Source of the DNA: Eledone cirrhosa
Taxonomy: Eukaryota
Length of the DNA: 64,000 nt
Reading direction: 5' to 3'
NCBI GenBank assembly: GCA_964016885.1
Contig: OZ024753.1
Location: 19,716,001-19,780,000, forward strand
Shown here: positions 56,792 to 64,000 of the stretch, one piece after another
How the letters are laid out: every line of letters begins with the position of its first letter
How positions within the stretch are numbered: position 1 is the first letter of the stretch
Translations under genes and position numbers: made by a program
Notes under the pieces: model-generated
What the model saw: only the letters and a program-made list of their open reading frames with translations
The model's database searches: none
What the model was told of the DNA's origin: nothing

Positions 56792-57925
56792 GTTATATAT
56801 ATATATATATATATAAATGATCCTATTTTCTGTAAAAATTTAAATTTAAATTTTTTAAATGATCTTCCTTCTTATTTTTTTAATATTTCTACTATTTTTA
56901 CCATTTTACATTAATTTTTTAATTTTTCAATATATTTTTTTACTATGTTTACCTTTTGACATTATTTTCCTAATGATACCCCTCTAAATATATTTTTTTA
57001 GATATAGATTGAAAATCTGTAATTGCCATTCTTGACAATAGTTCTTCGAAATACACATTACTTTTTTCCTCTCCTTTTGATCTTAAAACTTTCACACATC
57101 TTTCGACTAAAATAATATATAATTGAAATTAATCTCACACAAAATAATATATAATTTTCTCAAATTTAACGGTTAACAAACAAGATTGGAGTTATCTTTC
57201 CCTTTTCAATCGTGCAAATATAAACATTATATGATAATATAATATGTATGATAAACTATATAACTTCGCTAAATTAACAATATTCTGAAAACATTTTTAA
57301 TTTTTCAATGTTGGAACAAAATATTCGACTCTAAAAATTGTTCTCCTCTTACAACTTGAAACGCCTGTTTTTTATGTAAACTGCAAAATCAACATCCTTC
57401 GTAACTCATATTAGAAATGTAACCAACTAATAATTGTAAATTATTTCTATTTCTATAATACTTATACATGTACAATTATTAATCGATATAGATATTTATA
57501 TACTTATAACCTATTGTAATGTAATAAGATAAAATCTACTTACAACCATAATTCTTCATATAACGTAATTGATTATATACACAATATTAGAATTCATAAT
57601 ATAATTCTAAATAAATTTAAATTTTGGAACAATATTCCACCATTCCCGCAAATTGTTAATTCCTTTTAAATTAACGCAAATGCAAACTATTCTATTTTTT
57701 TTTTCCTTTTTCCTACGTATACATACATATATCCTTATTATTTAAATTCTGCATAGGGTCTAAAAATAACGTTTATTCAGGCCTATACATCAACCTCATT
57801 TGCACACTCATCTTAATAATTTGAAATATCTGAATTTTCGTCTCTTTTCCTTCACTATCCAGGAAAAACTTGAACCGTTAAGGTATCTTTTCTTGGTTTT
57901 GTCAACATTTATAAAACAAACTTTG

Positions 57926-57978
57926 TATTTTACCTGATGAAAGCGTTTTGGTACCCTTGAAATATATATAATAGAATA
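57926..57978 (+). ncRNA. Family B hammerhead (stem II partly deleted)
   Basis: TATTTTAC-CTGATGA-AAG..CTT-GAAA-TATATA-TA-ATAGAATA. Confidence 0.65.
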
Positions 57979-58018
57979 AATATGGTTTCATAAATATAGT
58001 TTCCATTTATTTTATAAC

Positions 58019-58094
<76 letters not shown>

Positions 58095-58218
58095 TAAATA
58101 TATACATGTATATATATAAATCTGCATATATATAAATATGTATATATATATATATGTGTATATATACATAGATCTGTGTGTGTATGTGTGTGTATGTCCG
58201 TGTATGTGTACGTGTATG

Positions 58219-58321
<103 letters not shown>

Positions 58322-58484
58322 GTATATGTATGTATTTCTATATACGTCTATATAGAAATAGTTTAATAGTTTGCGGTGCTAAGATCTGGGAGATTATAAA
58401 TCATGAGAGGACTCAATACATGGGAAGATGGAGAGTGAGTATAGAGAGGGGTGTGACCCTGACTCCGACGTGTACACACACACA

Positions 58485-58519
<35 letters not shown>

Positions 58520-58529
58520 TCACATGCAT

Positions 58530-58612
<83 letters not shown>

Positions 58613-59620
58613 CATTTCTTTCTTTAAATGTATGTGTGAAGTGTGTTGTGTGACTTTTACTCTATGTGTCTCTATCATTTGTTAGTGACTTATACATATG
58701 TCTCGTATTTATTTTTATCTGAGTTGACTTCTCCAACTTACTAAGTACTTAAAGTCAACGTTGCAGAAATAATACGCACCATTACCGTTTGATTCTATCA
58801 AATATGTCTGAACGTGAATCAGTGCTATAGAGAGAAGAAGGGGAAGAATGGATCACGTCTAAATATTTAGATATGTCACGTAGTTACCCATTATGATTGG
58901 GTGAGGTTTAGTAGAAAACATAAATATACGTCGTGATCACACACATTCGTATGATTTAATAAAGATATTGCTGAGCTATAATAATAATAGTAGTTATTTT
59001 AATGTGATATGAAATACATCAGTATCTTAGATATATTGTTGAGAAGATGACCCCCTGGCTATTGCGTGATAAAATAAATTTTGTTATTTAACGAGTTGGC
59101 AACACAATTCATTGTATTTGTGTAAAGGAGTATACATAAATATGTTATGAATGTTGATGTTACAAAGAAAATAGTTTATTAGCTGAGACCCCCCTATCGT
59201 CAGCTCGTTTCTATCTAAACACATGTGGAATACAAAGGAATCGTTACTTTCGTCAATCAATATCTTCCATTGCATTTAAATATCTCTGTATGAAGTGAAT
59301 CAATTCATTATCCCAGTTTATTTAATAGTTGTTACCCCCTCTGTTTCTCTCTCTCTCCCTCTATCTCACCTGTTATCTTTCTATCTTCCCCTGCCCATAC
59401 CTCACCCCTCCTTCTTACTCTCACTTTATATATATATATATATATGTGATATATGTATAAGATATATATATGTGATATATGTATAAGATATATATATATA
59501 TATATATATAATATATATATATATGTGTGTGTGATATATGTATAAGATATATATATATATATATATATATTCATGATATATGTATAAGATATATATATAT
59601 ATATATGATATATGTATAAG

Positions 59621-59685
<65 letters not shown>

Positions 59686-59706
59686 CGTGTGTGTGTGTGT
59701 GCGTGC

Positions 59707-59749
<43 letters not shown>

Positions 59750-60002
59750 GCCGGCTCATTTATTCTATGAAAGCCTGGATATCGTCTGGTTAAAATATCT
59801 TATTAAGTCTGTCACGACATGCACTCAAGTGTAACGTTTGTAATAAGTTTAACTATGGAAGGACATAGACAACATAATTGAGCTCTGTAATATAATAAAA
59901 CAAACTCAATTGTTACACTTTAATTGACCAATATCAAATATATAGTCGAATGATTTAACATAATAAAGACGATTGATTATCAAGCATTAAAGAACTTTAA
60001 CT

Positions 60003-60300
60003 ATGGATGGAAATTCCATCTGCGACACGTCTCCACATACAGCTTAGTTCCTTATGCCACAAAGCCTGGCACCGCCGTCCGCCTCGTAGAAGAACGTAAA
60101 ATAAACAAATACCGGGGTTCATCCACCCGCATCCTCTTCGCACCAGTCACCGTCAAGACCTCAGGCGTACTTGGCCCCCGTACTGCCGAGCTCCTCCACA
60201 AGATCGGAGCATCGGCGGCCCATCAGAGAAGGGAGCCCCATGAGCTTGGGTTGCAGCGGGTGTCACTGGCCATCGTCTCGTAGCGCGGCACAGGTCTTCT
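60003..60300 (+). mobile_element. CRE-like RLE retrotransposon C-terminal fragment
   Basis: EERKINKY..FAPVTVKTSGVLGP..LLHKIG..REP..LQRVSLAI. Confidence 0.7.
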
Positions 60301-60767
60301 TCCCCCTTGCCCTAGACCCCCCCCCCTCACCCCACCTCTTCTGCAACACCAGAGTTCTTGCTATCCCCTCCCTTTCCCGTTCTTTTTCTTCTTTCTTTCC
60401 TTTTGTTTCCCTTTTTTATTTTATCTGACTTAACAAATGTTCTCATAAATTTATGATGATTGAAATGTTTGATACAATTAACTAACGATATGAAACTATA
60501 AAAACATAGAAATAACACTATCTATCTAACGGAATGTTATGCTGTCATGTTAGCATAATATAACCAAATTAGATCGATATTTCTTATTCTGTTAGTACCT
60601 TTACCAGGTTTTAAAATGCCGTAGAAGCGCCGTACGTCAGTATGGCGCCCCTACAACTGCCCACCCTCGTTAGGAGTTACGGGTCCATACATACAACATC
60701 ACTGTATCCACGCGAGGGATAAAAGGGGAGAATAGAATTAGGCGAGTTAAAGGGTTTGTAACTTGAA

Positions 60768-61034
60768 TAGCGTTTCTCAGCCAGTGTTCTTTGGAACCCT
60801 AGGATTCCGCAAGAAACAATGATAAGTAAGCTAATGCATTTTTAATTTTATTTTCATAATTTTACTAACCACACACGGCATATTGTTGGAAACTCCTTGG
60901 TTATTATAATAAAGGCTCCAACCATTAAAAGTGATATATATTAATAATGGTACATAATATTTTGTACATGATTTCTCTAAGACATGAAAACTATTTCAAG
61001 GGTTCCACAAGGGTAAAAGTTTTGAGAAACGCTG
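60768..61034. mobile_element. hAT (Charlie-like) MITE
   Basis: TIRs TAGCGTTTCTCA / TGAGAAACGCTG; 8-bp TSD AACTTGAA / AACTGGAA. Confidence 0.85.
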
Positions 61035-61427
61035 AACTGGAATATGAGCAAAGGGGACAGACGTAAATAAAGGCGAGAAAATCATGGCAAATTATATTCA
61101 CGAATTATAATTCGGTCATCTAAATAAATATACAAAGAGACTAGAGTATCGAAATATGATCTCATGTACAACAGTTTCCACATGTCTTTACAGCTGTTGT
61201 AGTTGTTTTATTGTTGTGCTTGTCTACGGTGTTCTCGTTAATGCTGTTTGGCTTTAAGCCAGATCTCATCGTCTAAACCTACGATCAGAAGAGGGCTCAA
61301 AATATGAACCTCCTATATATTTCATAATCAATTATGAAATATATTATGGACTTCATTAACCAATGGATATGTTGTATTTAAATCATATATCTTGTGATTG
61401 GGAGATATCATGTTTTGGGTGATAGAA

Positions 61428-61630
61428 AGCGTGAGGTTTAGTGGCTAGAGAATTGGATTCGTAAAATTGCGAGTTCTATTCCCGGAGCGGGCGATGCATT
61501 ACATCCTTGACCTAAACAATTTATTCCACGTTGTTCTTTCTGCCAGGAGTTACGACGAATAGACAGTGTCGAGTAATGGAAGGACCAATGGAAATATGGT
61601 TTCCTTGGTCCAATTTGACTCGGTAAGCGA
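61428..61630 (+). mobile_element. tRNA SINE (family of 46282-46490), diverged
   Basis: Shared GAATTGGATTCG, GGCGATGC, GGAGTT.CGAC, GACCAA.GGAAA. Confidence 0.75.
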
Positions 61631-62055
61631 AAGAGGTTTGGGTCTTTGTTGATCAGTTTCCTTTCTCTCCTTTCATTTAGTCAGCTGTTTCTTAAAGGCA
61701 AGTCTGTAGTATAAATATATCAATATTGACAGGCGAAGATCCATTCAATTACAACACTCAGTTTAATATCTACTCAATTCTATTCATCCGTATCTAAAGA
61801 GTCTCACCTATAGCCACATTTTATGAAAATATTTACCAGTCATCTGAGCTAATATGGTCAAATGATTTTTGATTCCTGTTCCGTCTACCAGGCAATATGT
61901 GTGTGTTATGTTTAAAATACGCTGGTCTAGGTGAAACTCATGACCATAGCGCGTCTATGCTGTACCAACTACATCTAGTAAGTGTAGAGTGTACATATAG
62001 ATAGAAAGACAAATAGAAAGACAGAAAAAATAAATAAATAAATAGAAAGAAAATA

Positions 62056-62182
<127 letters not shown>

Positions 62183-62229
62183 TATGTATATCCATTTTCT
62201 TTATTACCTTCTTTCTATTTCTTTCTTTC

Positions 62230-62341
62230 TTATATATATATAGAGATAGATAGATAGAGAGAGAGAGAGACAGATAGATAGATAGATATATAGAGAGAGA
62301 TGGATGGATAGACAGACATACAGACAGACATACAGACAGAC

Positions 62342-62412
<71 letters not shown>

Positions 62413-62499
62413 GAGAGATGGATGGATAGACAGACAGACAGATAGACAGACAGATAGATAGATAGAGAGAGATGGATGGATAGACAGACAGACAGACAT

Positions 62500-62534
<35 letters not shown>

Positions 62535-62537
62535 GGC

Positions 62538-62604
<67 letters not shown>

Positions 62605-62605
62605 C
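62230..62605. repeat. Compound (GATA)n/(GACA)n microsatellite
   Basis: Direct read. Confidence 0.95.
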
Positions 62606-63051
62606 CGTGTATAATAAATTAATTCAATTCATACAAAGTGATTTAAATGTAGAGAAGAATTGTTTGCTTTTGTTGTTAATTCATTATTATTGATTGCAAA
62701 ATAGTATTTGATTTTAAAACACTGAAGCCATTAATAATTTGTTTTCTTTCTACATTAATCATAAATAGAAATATTTAAAAGAGACATTGTATGCTAATGC
62801 TATTGCAGACCTTACATTATTGATAAAACAGTAAAAAAACATAGTTTATTTTACCATGCAATCCCCATGAGGAATATAATTCTCTATAGAACATACAACA
62901 TTTCATACATTCTACATTAAAGTACATCTTATTAGTCATCCTCTCGCCATATTTGGAGTCCATAATATACTTGTGTGTCTTCTGTTTGTGTCTAGATCTT
63001 ATCATTTGAACACATATATTTCTCTTTCTCTCTATATATCTCTCTCTCTCA

Positions 63052-63112
<61 letters not shown>

Positions 63113-63161
63113 AAAATAACAGATTAAAGTTTTTTATATATATATATATTTATATATATAT

Positions 63162-63292
<131 letters not shown>

Positions 63293-63307
63293 ATATATAT
63301 ATATATA

Positions 63308-63439
63308 TATTTATTAAAATAACAGATTAAACTTTAATCTGTTATTTTAATAAATATTTGCTCTACGGTTCTTATATATTTTATATATATTTTCCTTATC
63401 GAGCCCTCTTTGGGTTTTAGTCTTCAATTTTATTATTAT

Positions 63440-63445
<6 letters not shown>
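63308..63445 (+). mobile_element. Family E tail with a short 5' fold-back
   Basis: TTATTAAAATAACAGATTAAA-C-TTTAATCTGTTATTTTAATAA then the family E tail. Confidence 0.8.
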
Positions 63446-63494
<49 letters not shown>

Positions 63495-63497
<3 letters not shown>

Positions 63498-63720
63498 CAA
63501 AAGAATTGTGGTAAGCAACCAGATGGACCATAACGCACCAGAGTACTCAATACTTAGGGTAGTAGAGTGGGAAATAGGAAAAAGGTACGAGCTCGACGGC
63601 AGAGCTCAACCCGTTTCGACGGCTATTTCTGAGCTCTGCCGTCGGGGTCATACTGTTTGCAATATATATATATATATATAGGAAAAAGTATGATCCCGAC
63701 GGGGTCATACTTCAGTCCTG
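63495..63720 (-). mobile_element. Hairpin element family A, copy 6 plus a short remnant
   Basis: Reverse complement of the family A tail and hairpin. Confidence 0.82.
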
Positions 63721-63726
63721 TGACAT

Positions 63727-63754
63727 CAGTCCTGGAACTTTTCTGACACACCTC

Positions 63755-63755
<1 letters not shown>
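63727..63755 (-). mobile_element. Possible solo mariner-type TIR
   Basis: Minus strand TA-CGAGGTGTGTCAGAAAAGTTCCAGGACTG. Confidence 0.4.
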
Positions 63756-63801
<46 letters not shown>

Positions 63802-63910
63802 GGAGGTGAGTTTTATTGTAGCACAATAAAGCAATACAAATGTTGATGTATATGTTGATTTAAAATGTCACTATTGACAAGTGTTTTTTAAGTTTCATAT
63901 CATGTATCCC

Positions 63911-63981
63911 TATTTTATCTGATGAGAACGCAGATATCATCCCATGATGATATTTGTTTTTGAAATGCGCATAATAAAATA
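63911..63981 (+). ncRNA. Family J hammerhead in cassette 63802-64000
   Basis: TATTTTAT-CTGATGA-GAA..GATATCATC-CCAT-GATGATATT..-GAAA-TGCGCA-TA-ATAAAATA. Confidence 0.8.
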
Positions 63982-64000
63982 CTTGGAACGCTTTTAACCA

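Overview
AT-rich animal genomic DNA, probably cephalopod/octopus judging by the SINEs and microsatellite load (inference). I see no credible host gene, and most ORFs in the track are (TA)n/(CA)n artefacts. The window is a nest of retroelements sitting in microsatellites: Penelope-like elements (Naiad-type YRDD and Neptune-type YLDD), R4/Dong-type RLE LINEs, RTE, Tx1/L1 and CRE fragments, tRNA-derived SINEs, a hAT MITE and a probable Helitron-type relic. The main hidden signal is about 30 (hand count, including mirror and decayed copies) minimal type-I hammerhead ribozyme motifs from roughly a dozen unrelated sequence families. Most sit in short (TA)n-bounded fold-back cassettes, which often place a ribozyme on both strands. 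They show family-specific self-complementary stem-III loops, U3-A8 core covariants, non-Watson-Crick 10.1/11.1 pairs and very long stem II inserts. One hairpin family shows a flip/flop loop. All alignments and folds were done by eye.
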